From the IMG/VR virus record IMGVR_UViG_2811995017_000002, positions 1 to 64,000 of that record: a stretch of 64,000 nucleotides of DNA. One strand, written 5' to 3'. Origin of the DNA: an uncultured virus (IMG/VR IMGVR_UViG_2811995017_000002) (Duplodnaviria > Heunggongvirae > Uroviricota > Caudoviricetes). A model generated the notes under the pieces. It saw nothing but the letters and a program-made list of their open reading frames with translations. It had not been told where the DNA came from and made no database searches. Positions 19,302-29,800 of the stretch are shown piece by piece (position 1 is the stretch's first letter; every line of letters starts with the position of its first letter). A program made the translations under genes and the position numbers.

Positions 19302-20351
19302 TTGACGAACACAAACGGAAGATCAGCCGCAAATTCACTGCGGGCACACATAAAAGAACCGACCACATACGCGCAGCAGATTGCGGACGAACTGGTCGAA
19401 TATCTGAACGAATGGCACTCGCTGCCGGAGACGTGGGATAACGCACTGGACGCGCAGATTCATAAATGGTACGCCAATGCTCCGAAAGTCTTTTCGAAGA
19501 AGCCGTATTTCTCGCCGTCATCTGCTAACGCTTGCCCTCGCGAGCTTTATCACAAGGCGATCGGATCTCCGAGAGACGAAACGAAAAAGCCTCCGTATCA
19601 AGGGCGATGGACTCGCATCGGTACGGCGATTGGCGATGTGATCCAGCGCGATATTCTCTTTATGGAAAAACATTTCGAGAAGAAGACCGGCCGCCCCTGT
19701 CCGTTCAGCTTCGAAAAGAACGAAGATGGCACGCCGATGTTCGAGGATTTCGCGAAAAGGAATCATCCGGTCACACATCGCGGATACTCGTTCAACCTTT
19801 ACGGAACGTGCGACGGCATCATGCGCTACGTAACGGAAGACGGCGAAGTGATGCGCGTCGGCCTCGAGATTAAATCGAAGCAGACTACCGCTGCAAAGAC
19901 GTCCCTCCATTCGATGCGGCAGCCGGAAGAAAAGCACGTCAAGCAATGCGTCGCCTACGGTCCGATGTACGGCGTCGACCTTTACGTCATCCTCTACGTG
20001 AACGCGGCTAAAAAGTCGTGGGTGTATCCGGAAGGAGAGTTCGAAAAGTCACCGGACATGCGGGCGTTCGGTATCGAAATTACGGAGGAAGACGTCGAGC
20101 AGCTATTCGATAGATTCGTAGAGATCCGCAAATCTGTTGAGGAAGGAAAGCCGTTACCGTTGGATATGAACGGCTGGACGTTTAACGGATACAAGACGGC
20201 TATTGCGAAGTCGTTGACGGACGAAGAACTGGCGGAGCTTCGCGCAAAAGTGTCGCGAGTATTGAGATCGAACGTCTACGAATCTACGAAACGGCAGTAC
20301 GTTGAGGCGCTCGAATTTATCGAAAGAGTTCGCGAAAGGGAGGCGGAATGA
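19302..20351 (+). CDS. PD-(D/E)XK (Cas4/lambda-exo-like) exonuclease
   Basis: FSPS...CPRELY, GTCDG, LEIKS, KQCVAY. Confidence 0.75.
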   Translation: MTNTNGRSAANSLRAHIKEPTTYAQQIADELVEYLNEWHSLPETWDNALDAQIHKWYANAPKVFSKKPYFSPSSANACPRELYHKAIGSPRDETKKPPYQGRWTRIGTAIGDVIQRDILFMEKHFEKKTGRPCPFSFEKNEDGTPMFEDFAKRNHPVTHRGYSFNLYGTCDGIMRYVTEDGEVMRVGLEIKSKQTTAAKTSLHSMRQPEEKHVKQCVAYGPMYGVDLYVILYVNAAKKSWVYPEGEFEKSPDMRAFGIEITEEDVEQLFDRFVEIRKSVEEGKPLPLDMNGWTFNGYKTAIAKSLTDEELAELRAKVSRVLRSNVYESTKRQYVEALEFIERVREREAE

Positions 20352-20555
20352 GTGACGGTTGATGACGTAAAGGGTGCAGTTGAAATTATTCGTGCATGGG
20401 CCGAAGGGGGAGATGATGAGGTTGCGCACAATATGGAGGACGCTCTCCATGCCGATGTGCTACAGGCAATCGCAACTGGCGCAGATAACCCGGAAAAACT
20501 GGCGGCGGAGGCGCTAAAGACGAAGGATATCGAGTTCAGTCGGTGGTGCGCATGA
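20352..20555 (+). CDS. Hypothetical protein
   Basis: 67 aa ORF in operon. Confidence 0.55.
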   Translation: MTVDDVKGAVEIIRAWAEGGDDEVAHNMEDALHADVLQAIATGADNPEKLAAEALKTKDIEFSRWCA

Positions 20556-21109
20556 GTAGCGCCAAGCCTATCCGGATCCTCGCGTTCGACACGTCTATGA
20601 CCTGCCCTGGCGTCGCAATCATCGAGGTACGTAATCGAAAGCCTACGATAAAAGCGCTGTCGCACGTCAAGCCAAACCCTAGCCGGTCCCATGCGCATCG
20701 AGCCGAAGTTATCGAAGGGTGGGCGATGATGTTTCTCGATAAAAACTGTCCGCGTGACGGATTCGACTATGTGGTGCGGGAGGACTTCGCGGGCAAAACG
20801 TCGACCTCGAACTATCCGGTTCTGGCGGCGTGGAATGCGTGTGAGAGAGCAGCGTCACGATTCGGGTTATCGTTCGATAAGTATTGGAAGACTCCGACTG
20901 CAAAGAAACCGCAACTAGGAATATCAGCAACGCGTGTTAAGTCGTTGGTTGCCGGATCAGGCAACGCAGAAAAGGACGAAGTTGAGGCGGCGGTTCGGCG
21001 CATGACCGGATATACCGGCGAGTTTGCTAATTTCGACGAGAGTGATTCGGCTGCGATCGGACTTGCGTGGCTGATTCATGTTGGCGTAATAGATAAACCG
21101 AAGGAGTGA
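20552..21109 (+). CDS. RuvC-like Holliday junction resolvase
   Basis: ILAFDTS..GVAI, VVRE, GSGNAEKDEV, DESDSAAI. Confidence 0.85.
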   Translation: MSSAKPIRILAFDTSMTCPGVAIIEVRNRKPTIKALSHVKPNPSRSHAHRAEVIEGWAMMFLDKNCPRDGFDYVVREDFAGKTSTSNYPVLAAWNACERAASRFGLSFDKYWKTPTAKKPQLGISATRVKSLVAGSGNAEKDEVEAAVRRMTGYTGEFANFDESDSAAIGLAWLIHVGVIDKPKE

Positions 21110-21114
21110 TTCGA

Positions 21115-21480
21115 ATGGATAAAGCGATGGAGTATATCGATAAGCTGGCGGCAAAGCTCGGAGTCGCGGCCGATCATGTATACGGAGTTCTCGTAAAGCA
21201 GGCATTCGCAACCGGTGTGACTGATTCGATTATCGGGTTCGTTTTTCTAATGATCGCAGTTATTGCGGGAGTCATAATTACGAAGGTGACTGTAAAATCG
21301 CATGAGAAGCGCTATTGTAGTTGGGATTGCGAATGGTTTTTCGTGGTGCTTGCTGTCGGTTTTTTAGTGGTTACTCCGGGAGGATTCGGTATTTATGCGA
21401 TCACCGAAGGAATCAAAGCGCTAATCAACCCGGAATACTACGCGATTAAGGAAATCCTCGACACGATCGGAGGTAAGTGA
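21115..21480 (+). CDS. Phage membrane protein
   Basis: Two TM segments; NPEYYAIKEI. Confidence 0.6.
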   Translation: MDKAMEYIDKLAAKLGVAADHVYGVLVKQAFATGVTDSIIGFVFLMIAVIAGVIITKVTVKSHEKRYCSWDCEWFFVVLAVGFLVVTPGGFGIYAITEGIKALINPEYYAIKEILDTIGGK

Positions 21481-21484
21481 TCAG

Positions 21485-21742
21485 ATGTTTAAGCAGCGAC
21501 TTATCGAAGCCCTAACGATCGTTGCGCTATTCGGGCTAAGTTTCGCAGGCGGCTTTACCGGTTATTTTGTCGTTAAGGTACTGCTTGCGATTCCGGTTAT
21601 AGGCGTAATTATTCAAGTCGGAGTAAGTACCGTAGCAGTATTCATAGTGGCGCTAATTATCTGCGACAGCGCTAACCGACTGCGTGACGCCTATCGCAAA
21701 TATAAACACGCTCAAAAGGACGTAGAGGAGGAAACGCAATGA
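21485..21742 (+). CDS. Membrane protein
   Basis: Hydrophobic 85 aa ORF. Confidence 0.5.
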   Translation: MFKQRLIEALTIVALFGLSFAGGFTGYFVVKVLLAIPVIGVIIQVGVSTVAVFIVALIICDSANRLRDAYRKYKHAQKDVEEETQ

Positions 21743-21939
21743 CCTACGAATGCTACGGCGTCCCGGCCGCACAGTTACGGCAGTCTTTGCGATGGCTTGA
21801 CGAACAACTTACCGATGTTGATTACGCAATTAGTCGCCATGAGCGGAAGAAAACCGAACTTGAAATCGAACGTGACCGGATTCTGGCGCAAAAAGACGAA
21901 ATAGAGGCGGAACTAAAACGGAAGGAGTCGATCGAATGA
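21739..21939 (+). CDS. Hypothetical coiled-coil protein
   Basis: 66 aa, GAGGAGG SD. Confidence 0.5.
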   Translation: MTYECYGVPAAQLRQSLRWLDEQLTDVDYAISRHERKKTELEIERDRILAQKDEIEAELKRKESIE

Positions 21940-22085
21940 CATACGTTGCGATAGCGTGCCTACTATTCTTTACGGTGATGGCGCTGCCGATTGAGGCGAA
22001 AACTACCGCGGAGAAGATCGCAAAGACAGCCGTTTTGATTATGTACGCGATTCCTATCGGAGTGCTGGTGGCGTCGTTATGCTAA
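21936..22085 (+). CDS. Small membrane protein (49 aa)
   Basis: AAGGAG SD, ATGA coupling. Confidence 0.45.
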   Translation: MTYVAIACLLFFTVMALPIEAKTTAEKIAKTAVLIMYAIPIGVLVASLC

Positions 22086-22435
22086 TCGCCTACTACTCGC
22101 TGGCCGGAAACGTTCGCCGATTCGTAGCCAAGACCGGCCTGCCTGCGGTCGAAATCAAGGCGGATATGATGCTAACGGAGCCGTTCGTATTGGTAACGGG
22201 AACTTACGGATTCGGCCAGGTCGCCGGCACCGTTTGGGATTTCCTCGCGGACAATGGCGATTTAATGGCGGGCGTGGCTGCGTCAGGCAATCGCAACTGG
22301 GGCGGTAACTTCGCAAAGGCGGCGGATCTGATTGCGGAAGAATACGGAGTGCCGATCGTTCACAAGTTCGAGCTGGCGGGCACGGCGGAAGATATACGGA
22401 TATTTACGGAAAGGGTGAGAGCTATTGACGAATAA
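22079..22435 (+). CDS. nrdI: Class Ib RNR flavoprotein NrdI
   Basis: YYSLAGNVRRF, TYGFG, SGNRNWG, KFELAGT. Confidence 0.92.
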   Translation: MLIAYYSLAGNVRRFVAKTGLPAVEIKADMMLTEPFVLVTGTYGFGQVAGTVWDFLADNGDLMAGVAASGNRNWGGNFAKAADLIAEEYGVPIVHKFELAGTAEDIRIFTERVRAIDE

Positions 22436-24524
22436 GCACGCGAAGTATATCGAACTTAATAACGAAATTATGATACGGAAAAACGGCGGCTTTCAATTCG
22501 AAAAGGATGCCGAAGCCGTCCGCAGTTATTTCATAGATTACGTGAATCAGAATACGGTATTTTTCCACGATCTGCGCGAAAAGCTCGACTATCTGATCGA
22601 GAACGATTATTACGAACGCGAGGTCTTCGAACCTTATACGTTCGACGAAATCAAAGCGGTCTACAAGGCGGCTTATGCGAAAAAGTTCCGTTTCCCTTCG
22701 TTCATGAGTGCGTTTAAGTTCTATAACGACTATGCGCTCAAGACGAACGATAAGAAGAAGATCCTCGAACGCTACGAAGACCGCATCGCCATCTGTGCGC
22801 TATTCTTCGCGAAAGGCAACGCAGCCAAGGCGATCGAGTTTGCGGAAATGATGATCCGGCAGGAATATCAACCAGCCACACCGACGTTCTTGAATGCCGG
22901 GCGGAAGCGACGTGGCGAATTAGTATCGTGCTTCCTTCTCGAAGTGAACGATTCCCTAAACGATATCAGTCGCGCGGTCGACATGGCGATGCAGCTTTCG
23001 AAACTTGGCGGAGGCGTGTCGTTGTCACTATCGAAAATCAGGGCGAAAGGTGAGTCGATTAAAGGCGTTGAGAATTCGACGAAGGGCGTTGTCGGCGTCA
23101 TGAAGCTGCTCGATAATGCGTTCAGGTATGCGGATCAGATGGGACAGCGGCAGGGAGCCGGCGCAGCGTATCTCAACGTATTCCATGCGGATATTGACGC
23201 GTTCCTGGATACGAAGAAAATAAGCGCAGATGAAGACGTCAGGGTCAAGACGCTATCGATCGGAGTTGTCATTCCTGATAAATTCATCGAACTGGCTCGC
23301 GAAGACCGGGACGCATATGTTTTCTATCCACATACGGTCTATAAGGAATACGGCGAACATCTTGACGAAATGGATATCGGAGAAATGTACGATAAGCTCG
23401 TCGAGAATCCGAACGTACGAAAAGACAAGGTTAATCCTCGTCAGTTACTCGAAAAGCTCGCGATTCTGCGGTCCGAATCGGGATATCCGTACATCATGTT
23501 CGAAGATAACGTCAACGCGGCTCATGCGCTGAATCACATTTCAAAGGTTAAATTTTCGAATCTCTGTAGTGAGGTGCTTCAGGCATCGCGAGTGTCCGAA
23601 TACACCGACTATGGCGAAGAAGACGCAATCGGTCTCGATATTTCGTGCAATCTTGGATCGCTGAACATTGCGAACGTCATGGCGAACAAGTCGATCGAGC
23701 AAACGGTTAAGCTCGCAGTCGATGCGCTGACTGTCGTATCAGAATCGACGAATATCAAGAACGCGCCGGCAGTCGCGAAGGCTAACCGTCAGATGCGTTC
23801 GATCGGACTCGGAGCGATGAATCTACACGGATATCTTGCGCAGAATGGGATCGCTTATGAATCGGAGGAAGCGCGGGACTTCGCTAACGTATTCTTTGCG
23901 CTCGTTAATTATTGGTCGCTGGTGCGGTCGATGGAGCTTGCGAAGGAAACCGGAAGCACGTTCGAGGGATTCGAAGGATCAACGTATGCGGATGGCAGCT
24001 ACTTCGATAAGTACGTTGTAGGAGAGTTCCGTCCTAAAACGGAGAAGGTCGCGAAGCTTTTTGAAGGCGTTGAAATTCCGGAACGCATCGATTGGGTTCG
24101 GCTGGAGGATAACGTACGAAAATACGGACTCTACCATTCGTATAGACTAGCGATCGCACCGACGGGATCTATTTCGTATGTGCAGTCGGCTACGGCGTCG
24201 GTCATGCCGATTATGGAGCGCATCGAGGAACGGACATACGGAAATTCCAAGACGTATTATCCGATGCCGGGGCTATCGCCTCAGAATTGGTTCTTTTATA
24301 AGGAAGCGTACGACATGGATATGTTTAAGGTCGTCGATATGATCGCAACGATCCAGCAGCACGTCGATCAGGGCATCTCATTTACGCTGTTCTTAAAAGA
24401 TACGATGACGACGCGCGATCTGAACCGGATTGATTTATACGCTCATCACAAAGGAATCAAGACGTTGTACTACGCGCGGACAAAGGATACGACTGCGGAG
24501 GGTTGTTTATCATGCGTAGTTTAA
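22425..24524 (+). CDS. nrdE: Class Ib ribonucleotide reductase alpha subunit
   Basis: PATPTFLN, VSCF, SNLCSE, APTGSIS, TLYY, C-terminal CLSC; uninterrupted. Confidence 0.95.
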   Translation: MTNKHAKYIELNNEIMIRKNGGFQFEKDAEAVRSYFIDYVNQNTVFFHDLREKLDYLIENDYYEREVFEPYTFDEIKAVYKAAYAKKFRFPSFMSAFKFYNDYALKTNDKKKILERYEDRIAICALFFAKGNAAKAIEFAEMMIRQEYQPATPTFLNAGRKRRGELVSCFLLEVNDSLNDISRAVDMAMQLSKLGGGVSLSLSKIRAKGESIKGVENSTKGVVGVMKLLDNAFRYADQMGQRQGAGAAYLNVFHADIDAFLDTKKISADEDVRVKTLSIGVVIPDKFIELAREDRDAYVFYPHTVYKEYGEHLDEMDIGEMYDKLVENPNVRKDKVNPRQLLEKLAILRSESGYPYIMFEDNVNAAHALNHISKVKFSNLCSEVLQASRVSEYTDYGEEDAIGLDISCNLGSLNIANVMANKSIEQTVKLAVDALTVVSESTNIKNAPAVAKANRQMRSIGLGAMNLHGYLAQNGIAYESEEARDFANVFFALVNYWSLVRSMELAKETGSTFEGFEGSTYADGSYFDKYVVGEFRPKTEKVAKLFEGVEIPERIDWVRLEDNVRKYGLYHSYRLAIAPTGSISYVQSATASVMPIMERIEERTYGNSKTYYPMPGLSPQNWFFYKEAYDMDMFKVVDMIATIQQHVDQGISFTLFLKDTMTTRDLNRIDLYAHHKGIKTLYYARTKDTTAEGCLSCVV

Positions 24525-24544
24525 ACGAAAAGGAGGACGAATAA

Positions 24545-25513
24545 TTGACGCAATATACAGCGGCCAACTGGTCGCAACACGACGACGGATTCACGCAGAT
24601 GTTTTACGAACAGAACGTTAAGCAGTTTTGGTTGCCGGAAGAGATTTCGCTAAACGGCGACCTTCTAACGTGGAAGTATCTCGGAGCCAACGAACAGGAT
24701 ACGTATATGAAAGTTCTCGCGGGGCTGACGCTACTCGACACGGAGCAAGGAAACGAAGGTATGCCGTTAATTGCCGCCCAGGTATCCGGACACCAACGTA
24801 AAGCCGTCCTGAATTTCATGGCGATGATGGAAAACGCAGTCCATGCGAAATCCTATTCGAACATCTTCATGACGCTTGCGCCTACGGAGAAAATAACGGG
24901 ACTGTTCGAATGGGTGAAGACGAATCGATACCTACAGCGGAAGGCCGCAATCATTGGCGGACTGTATAACGCGGTCAAGCCCGGCGATGACGTTTCGTTA
25001 TACAAGGCAATGGTTGCGTCGGTCTATCTCGAAAGCTTCCTGTTCTATAGCGGCTTTTATTATCCGTTATATTTTGCCGGTCTGGGAAAATTGACGAACT
25101 CAGGCGAGATTATCTCGTTAATTATTCGAGACGAGGCGATCCACGGCGTATACGTCGGCTTACTCGCGCAAGAAATTTACAACCGTCAGTCACCAGACGT
25201 CCAGATCGAACTGCGCGACTTTGCCGTCGAATTGCTTGCGGAACTTTACGAAAACGAGATCGCCTACACAGAAGACCTTTACGATCAGGTCGGACTGACT
25301 CACGACGTCAAAAAGTTCGTGCGATACAACGGAAACAAGGCGTTGATGAACCTCGGATTCGATTCGTACTTTGTCGATGAAACACCGAACCCGATTGTAA
25401 TGAACGGATTAAGTACAAAAACAAAGTCCCACGACTTCTTCAGTCAAAAGGGAAATTCTTACAAAAAAGCTACGGTCGAGGCGCTTCAGGATGACGATTT
25501 CTATTTCGAGTAA
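24545..25513 (+). CDS. nrdF: Class Ib ribonucleotide reductase beta subunit
   Basis: [35 protein letters not shown]. Confidence 0.95.
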   Translation: MTQYTAANWSQHDDGFTQMFYEQNVKQFWLPEEISLNGDLLTWKYLGANEQDTYMKVLAGLTLLDTEQGNEGMPLIAAQVSGHQRKAVLNFMAMMENAVHAKSYSNIFMTLAPTEKITGLFEWVKTNRYLQRKAAIIGGLYNAVKPGDDVSLYKAMVASVYLESFLFYSGFYYPLYFAGLGKLTNSGEIISLIIRDEAIHGVYVGLLAQEIYNRQSPDVQIELRDFAVELLAELYENEIAYTEDLYDQVGLTHDVKKFVRYNGNKALMNLGFDSYFVDETPNPIVMNGLSTKTKSHDFFSQKGNSYKKATVEALQDDDFYFE

Positions 25514-25563
25514 GCGTCCATTAACGAAAGTATATACGAAACTATTAACGAGGAGGTTTTCGA

Positions 25564-25968
25564 ATGAAGGATAAACTAAACGAAATTTTCGAGATGCAGG
25601 CGGCGTTAGATAACCGGATTATCTCTGAGCGCAGTATCGATAAGACAACTGACGAATGGGTGGTCGGAATTACTCTCGCTATGGAATCGGAGATTGACGA
25701 GATCAGGCGCGAAGTTAACTGGAAGTGGTGGAAAAATCCGAAGGAGATCGATCAGCAGGCGTTACAAGGCGAGGTCATCGATATGTGGCACTTCTTGCTT
25801 TCTTTGTCGCGAATCGTAGGCCTTACTCCGGAAAGTATCTACGAGGTTTATATGGCGAAGAATGCGGAGAATCATGCGCGGCAGGACGGTACGAGTGATA
25901 AAGAAGGATACGCGGCGAATCCACATCCGGAATATTTCGGAGAGCCGATCGGAAAGGAGCTGATATAA
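25564..25968 (+). CDS. Dimeric (all-alpha) dUTPase
   Basis: WKWWK, EVIDMWHFLLS, KNAENHARQ. Confidence 0.85.
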   Translation: MKDKLNEIFEMQAALDNRIISERSIDKTTDEWVVGITLAMESEIDEIRREVNWKWWKNPKEIDQQALQGEVIDMWHFLLSLSRIVGLTPESIYEVYMAKNAENHARQDGTSDKEGYAANPHPEYFGEPIGKELI

Positions 25969-26195
25969 TGCCGCAAACATACGCATGTTTCATTAACGGA
26001 AAATTCTACGGCGCGGGCGATCTCGAATATATGAACGAACTGTTTCGCGATTATGTTATCACTCACGGGTTGTACGGAAAAGACGATTGTACCTTTCGGA
26101 TCACTACGAAAGAGAAGGCGCGGGACATAGTTACGCAATCTATTAACGAACAATACCGAAGAGTTTTCGAAAGTCTAGCGAAGGAGGACGAATAA
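25968..26195 (+). CDS. Hypothetical protein
   Basis: 75 aa, coupled. Confidence 0.55.
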   Translation: MPQTYACFINGKFYGAGDLEYMNELFRDYVITHGLYGKDDCTFRITTKEKARDIVTQSINEQYRRVFESLAKEDE

Positions 26196-27023
26196 ATGGC
26201 GGAAACCAAAATGAACGTACAGCTGATCGCACATACGCAATTAAGCGACGAATTCAAACAAACTCTCGATTACAGAAAATACGATGAATCTGGCGAATAT
26301 TTTACGAACACCTTGGACGATCTGCACCCAACCGACGGCCAAGCGGTCGCCCTAACCGCAATCAGAACGTGCTACTCTCCGAACAAATCGTCCGAAATTG
26401 TCGCAAAGGAGGGCGCCAAGTATTTCGGCTCCAAAGCGTCAGATGGTGGCGCAGGAACGGATGCCGACCGCCTATTCCGAATGATCGTACGTTCCGGCCA
26501 CACGTCGACGCTTGAGCATATATCGTTCACCTTTGCGATTGAAGGCGTCAGCCGGGCGTTATTGGCGCAACTTACACGGCATCGCGTCGGTTTTAGCTTC
26601 AGCGTTCAGTCACAGCGGTATGTACGGATGGGGAGCGATGATAAGATCGGCGGGTTCGATTACGTTGTCCCTACGACAGTAACCGAAGATAAAACTGCGG
26701 ACATGTACGATTTTGTATACGGAGCACCGATGGAAGACCGCCCTTCACCGGAAATATTTGCGGAAGCTATGGCGATCGCTCAACAAACATACGATAAGCT
26801 CCGGGAAGCAGGAGTTCCACCAGAAGATGCTCGCGCCGTCCTACCGAACGCAGCCGCAACTAATCTCGTAATGACTGCGAATCTACGGTCGTTACTCGAA
26901 TTCTATTCGAAACGGAAGCCGGGCAAAGGAGCGCAAAAGGAGATCGCTGATCTAGCGGAAGCCCTGCGTCAGGAAGTCGTTAATGTAGAGCCGTGGACGG
27001 CTCAGTTTTTCGAGGAGGTGTAA
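26196..27023 (+). CDS. thyX: Flavin-dependent thymidylate synthase
   Basis: GHTSTLEH, RHRVGFSFSVQSQRY, EDARAVLP, AQKEI. Confidence 0.92.
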   Translation: MAETKMNVQLIAHTQLSDEFKQTLDYRKYDESGEYFTNTLDDLHPTDGQAVALTAIRTCYSPNKSSEIVAKEGAKYFGSKASDGGAGTDADRLFRMIVRSGHTSTLEHISFTFAIEGVSRALLAQLTRHRVGFSFSVQSQRYVRMGSDDKIGGFDYVVPTTVTEDKTADMYDFVYGAPMEDRPSPEIFAEAMAIAQQTYDKLREAGVPPEDARAVLPNAAATNLVMTANLRSLLEFYSKRKPGKGAQKEIADLAEALRQEVVNVEPWTAQFFEEV

Positions 27024-27025
27024 GC

Positions 27026-27583
27026 ATCGGAATCCTAACGAATTTCACGCTAACAGCGCAGCTATTCTCCGGCCACTGTCCGGCAGATCAGCCGCCAGAA
27101 CCGCCAAGGATAACGTCAGAGCAGGCCGCCATCCAATCGGCTGAATCGCGCAACGAAGAATTAACGAAAGAGATAACGAAAAAGGACGCGCAGATACAGG
27201 CGCTTGAGGACGAAATCAAGGCGCTGAAGAAGACGAAAAAGAAACCTGCTCCGACCGCAACTAAAACGTCAGCATGGCGGACTTTTACCATGACGGCTTA
27301 TACCGCCTTTTGTGCGGAAGGCTGTACCGGCATCACCAAAACGGGAGTCGACGTCAGCCATTCGATCTATTATGAAGGAGCGCGCGTCATAGCGGTCGAT
27401 CCGTCTGTGATAGCGCTAGGCTCTACGGTTGAAGTCCGGCTCGCTGACGGTTCTAGCTTTCGGGCGAAGGCGATCGACACAGGCGGCGCGATTAAAGGCG
27501 CACGGCTCGATCTATTGGTCGCGGACGAAGCCGACGCGGTACAGTTCGGACGGCAGTCGGTAGAATTGCGGGTGATCAAATGA
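27026..27583 (+). CDS. 3D-domain cell-wall-related protein; probable ATC start
   Basis: TAYT...TKTG...IAVDPSVIALGS...DTGGAIKG.RLD; GGAGG 7 nt before in-frame ATC. Confidence 0.8.
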   Translation: MGILTNFTLTAQLFSGHCPADQPPEPPRITSEQAAIQSAESRNEELTKEITKKDAQIQALEDEIKALKKTKKKPAPTATKTSAWRTFTMTAYTAFCAEGCTGITKTGVDVSHSIYYEGARVIAVDPSVIALGSTVEVRLADGSSFRAKAIDTGGAIKGARLDLLVADEADAVQFGRQSVELRVIK

Positions 27584-27765
27584 AAATCGAATATGTTCCG
27601 GAATTAGACGCTTACCGCGTTGGGAATCTCATCACAACGGATAGAGAGTTCGCCGAGAAATTTCTACGGATGGCGGAGGAACTCGCAAAAGCCGGCCAGA
27701 TGGCGCTAGATATACCGGAACCAAAATCACGACAAGTATTTGCGGATTGTGTAAAACGTAAATAA
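27580..27765 (+). CDS. Hypothetical protein
   Basis: 61 aa, coupled. Confidence 0.5.
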   Translation: MKIEYVPELDAYRVGNLITTDREFAEKFLRMAEELAKAGQMALDIPEPKSRQVFADCVKRK

Positions 27766-27772
27766 ACGGGAG

Positions 27773-28267
27773 GTGGTTCGTTTGGCAGGAGTAGCTATCG
27801 AGGATGTAATCGAAGAAGCTCGCAGATTTCTTTCGGAAAACTACAACATGGAGCTGCGAATCCCGATACGGAGGAATAATCGGCTTAAAAGGACGTTAGG
27901 ACAGTTTATTCGAATGGACGATAAGTCTGACTGTATAGAAATCAGCGGAATCTTACTAGATTACGGAGGCAAGACGGCCGTTTTCGACACCCTCCGGCAC
28001 GAACTAATTCACTATGCGCTTTTCGAATTAGGAAAACCACATCGGGACGGAGACCCTGCGTTTGAGAACGAGTTACGAAAGCATAACGTAAATCCCACAA
28101 ATACCTCCGAAGTCTACGGACCTATCGTTCGCTTTAATTGCGCAAAATGCGGCAGGTCAGAGTTTACTACGACAAAGAAAGTTTCGGTAACTCCGCATAG
28201 ATATAGGACAAAGTGCTGTAAGGCGGCGCTGATTAACGTCAGAAATGACGTAATTTACGGAGAATAA
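27773..28267 (+). CDS. SprT-like metalloprotease with Zn ribbon
   Basis: RLKRTLGQF, TLRHELIHY, HRDG, CAKC. Confidence 0.82.
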   Translation: MVRLAGVAIEDVIEEARRFLSENYNMELRIPIRRNNRLKRTLGQFIRMDDKSDCIEISGILLDYGGKTAVFDTLRHELIHYALFELGKPHRDGDPAFENELRKHNVNPTNTSEVYGPIVRFNCAKCGRSEFTTTKKVSVTPHRYRTKCCKAALINVRNDVIYGE

Positions 28268-28283
28268 AAGGGAGGACGATATT

Positions 28284-29243
28284 ATGACGGAAACTAACGA
28301 AAATATCCACGTATTGACTGACGAATCACTTGGCGGAATCAAACGCGAGTATGTAGAGGTCGACAGGAAGGCGGAGGTGGGCGATAAGATTGTTATCGTT
28401 GACAAAAAGTATCCGGATGATATTTACAAGAACGGCGATATTTTTACGGTAGATCGCGAAGTTCCTCCTGGATCGGGTTACGTGGGAAGTGACGGAGCTG
28501 CATCCGATATGAACACTGGCGGACTTATATATCGCGGAGAATACCGCGTACTCGAACCGACCAACATCGTCCACATTGACGGCCCTGACGGTACGGAGCG
28601 CTACGAAATGGTCGATCGCAAGGCGGAAGTAGGCGAGAAGGTTATTCATATGAACGAAGGTAAATCAGAGGGAACGGTAACGGAGGTCACTGATGTGGGC
28701 GTTGGCATGATCGACGTAATCGAATACGAAGATTCAGACGGAGAAACTACATGCGGATTTTCTCACGGATGTTATCGCGTCCTCGTCCCGTTAGAATCAT
28801 CCGAAGAAGAACCACAGCCATCCGACTTATTCGACGTAGTCGCTAACCTAGCGACGCGTGTTGCGGAGTTGGAACGCGAGAATAAACGAATCAAGGAAGA
28901 GCTCGGCTGGTACGAAATGGGACCGGGAAGGATTGCAGAGTTGCGGAATTCAGTTTCGGACATTCGTCACGATATCGCTAAGCTAGAGGATAGAATCGTA
29001 CACGATTATGCTACAAACGAGGATGCGGCCGATTTTCTATACGAAGAAGTTAAGCGTCTACAAGACGAAATAGACACGCTTCACAAAGACAACCGGAGGC
29101 ACGGCGAAGAATTGGAGGCGCTGAAATATGCCGCAAAGGAAACGGACGGAGAGGTGGCGAACCTCGAATCCGACTCAGATACGCGCTTGTTCACTGCCGA
29201 AGAGGTTGCCGCGCTTCTTAACGCAATGAGGGAGTGCCGATGA
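28284..29243 (+). CDS. Modular phage protein (RKAEVG repeats plus coiled coil)
   Basis: Two VDRKAEVG(D/E)K...YRVL repeats. Confidence 0.6.
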   Translation: MTETNENIHVLTDESLGGIKREYVEVDRKAEVGDKIVIVDKKYPDDIYKNGDIFTVDREVPPGSGYVGSDGAASDMNTGGLIYRGEYRVLEPTNIVHIDGPDGTERYEMVDRKAEVGEKVIHMNEGKSEGTVTEVTDVGVGMIDVIEYEDSDGETTCGFSHGCYRVLVPLESSEEEPQPSDLFDVVANLATRVAELERENKRIKEELGWYEMGPGRIAELRNSVSDIRHDIAKLEDRIVHDYATNEDAADFLYEEVKRLQDEIDTLHKDNRRHGEELEALKYAAKETDGEVANLESDSDTRLFTAEEVAALLNAMRECR

Positions 29244-29800
29244 AAATCGCCCTCACCGCGCCACTTCGCGCAGGCAAGTCGCTGGCCGCATCGTACATTT
29301 CGCTTCACTACGATTTCCAGCCGTTCGCATTCGGCGACGAACTAAAGGACGCATTTCACCGCGCATTCCCTAACGTTCCGCGAACGCCGAAACCACGCGC
29401 GCATTATCAAAAGTTCGGTCAGTGGGCGCGAGAAGCTTTCGGAGAGGACGTATGGATCGACGCTCTCATGCCGAAAGTGGCCGCCTATCTCGACCGCCAT
29501 CCTTGCGACTGCGGCAATACGGCGCTAAAGAATCGCGTGATCATCGATGACTGCCGCCAGCCTAACGAATATCAGCGGCTGAAGGACGAAGGCTTCGTAT
29601 TTATCCGCATAACAGCACCGGTTGATCTCCGTATTGAACGCGCAAAAAAAGCCGGCGATCAATTCGAGATTGCCGACTTAGAACATCCGACTGAGATTGC
29701 CGTCGATAGTTTCGAAGTTGATTACGAAATTGAGAACGTAGGCGAGACGGAGGAGTTATATGCAAAGCTGGACGCGATTATGGCGGAGGTGTTGAAGTGA
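29240..29800 (+). CDS. Deoxynucleoside monophosphate kinase-like P-loop protein
   Basis: RAGKS, FGDELK, VIIDDCRQPNE, HPTE. Confidence 0.75.
   Translation: MKIALTAPLRAGKSLAASYISLHYDFQPFAFGDELKDAFHRAFPNVPRTPKPRAHYQKFGQWAREAFGEDVWIDALMPKVAAYLDRHPCDCGNTALKNRVIIDDCRQPNEYQRLKDEGFVFIRITAPVDLRIERAKKAGDQFEIADLEHPTEIAVDSFEVDYEIENVGETEELYAKLDAIMAEVLK

Noticed and set aside
22425..25513. Introns or inteins in nrdE/nrdF as in SPbeta
   Set aside because: Both ORFs are continuous and of normal length.
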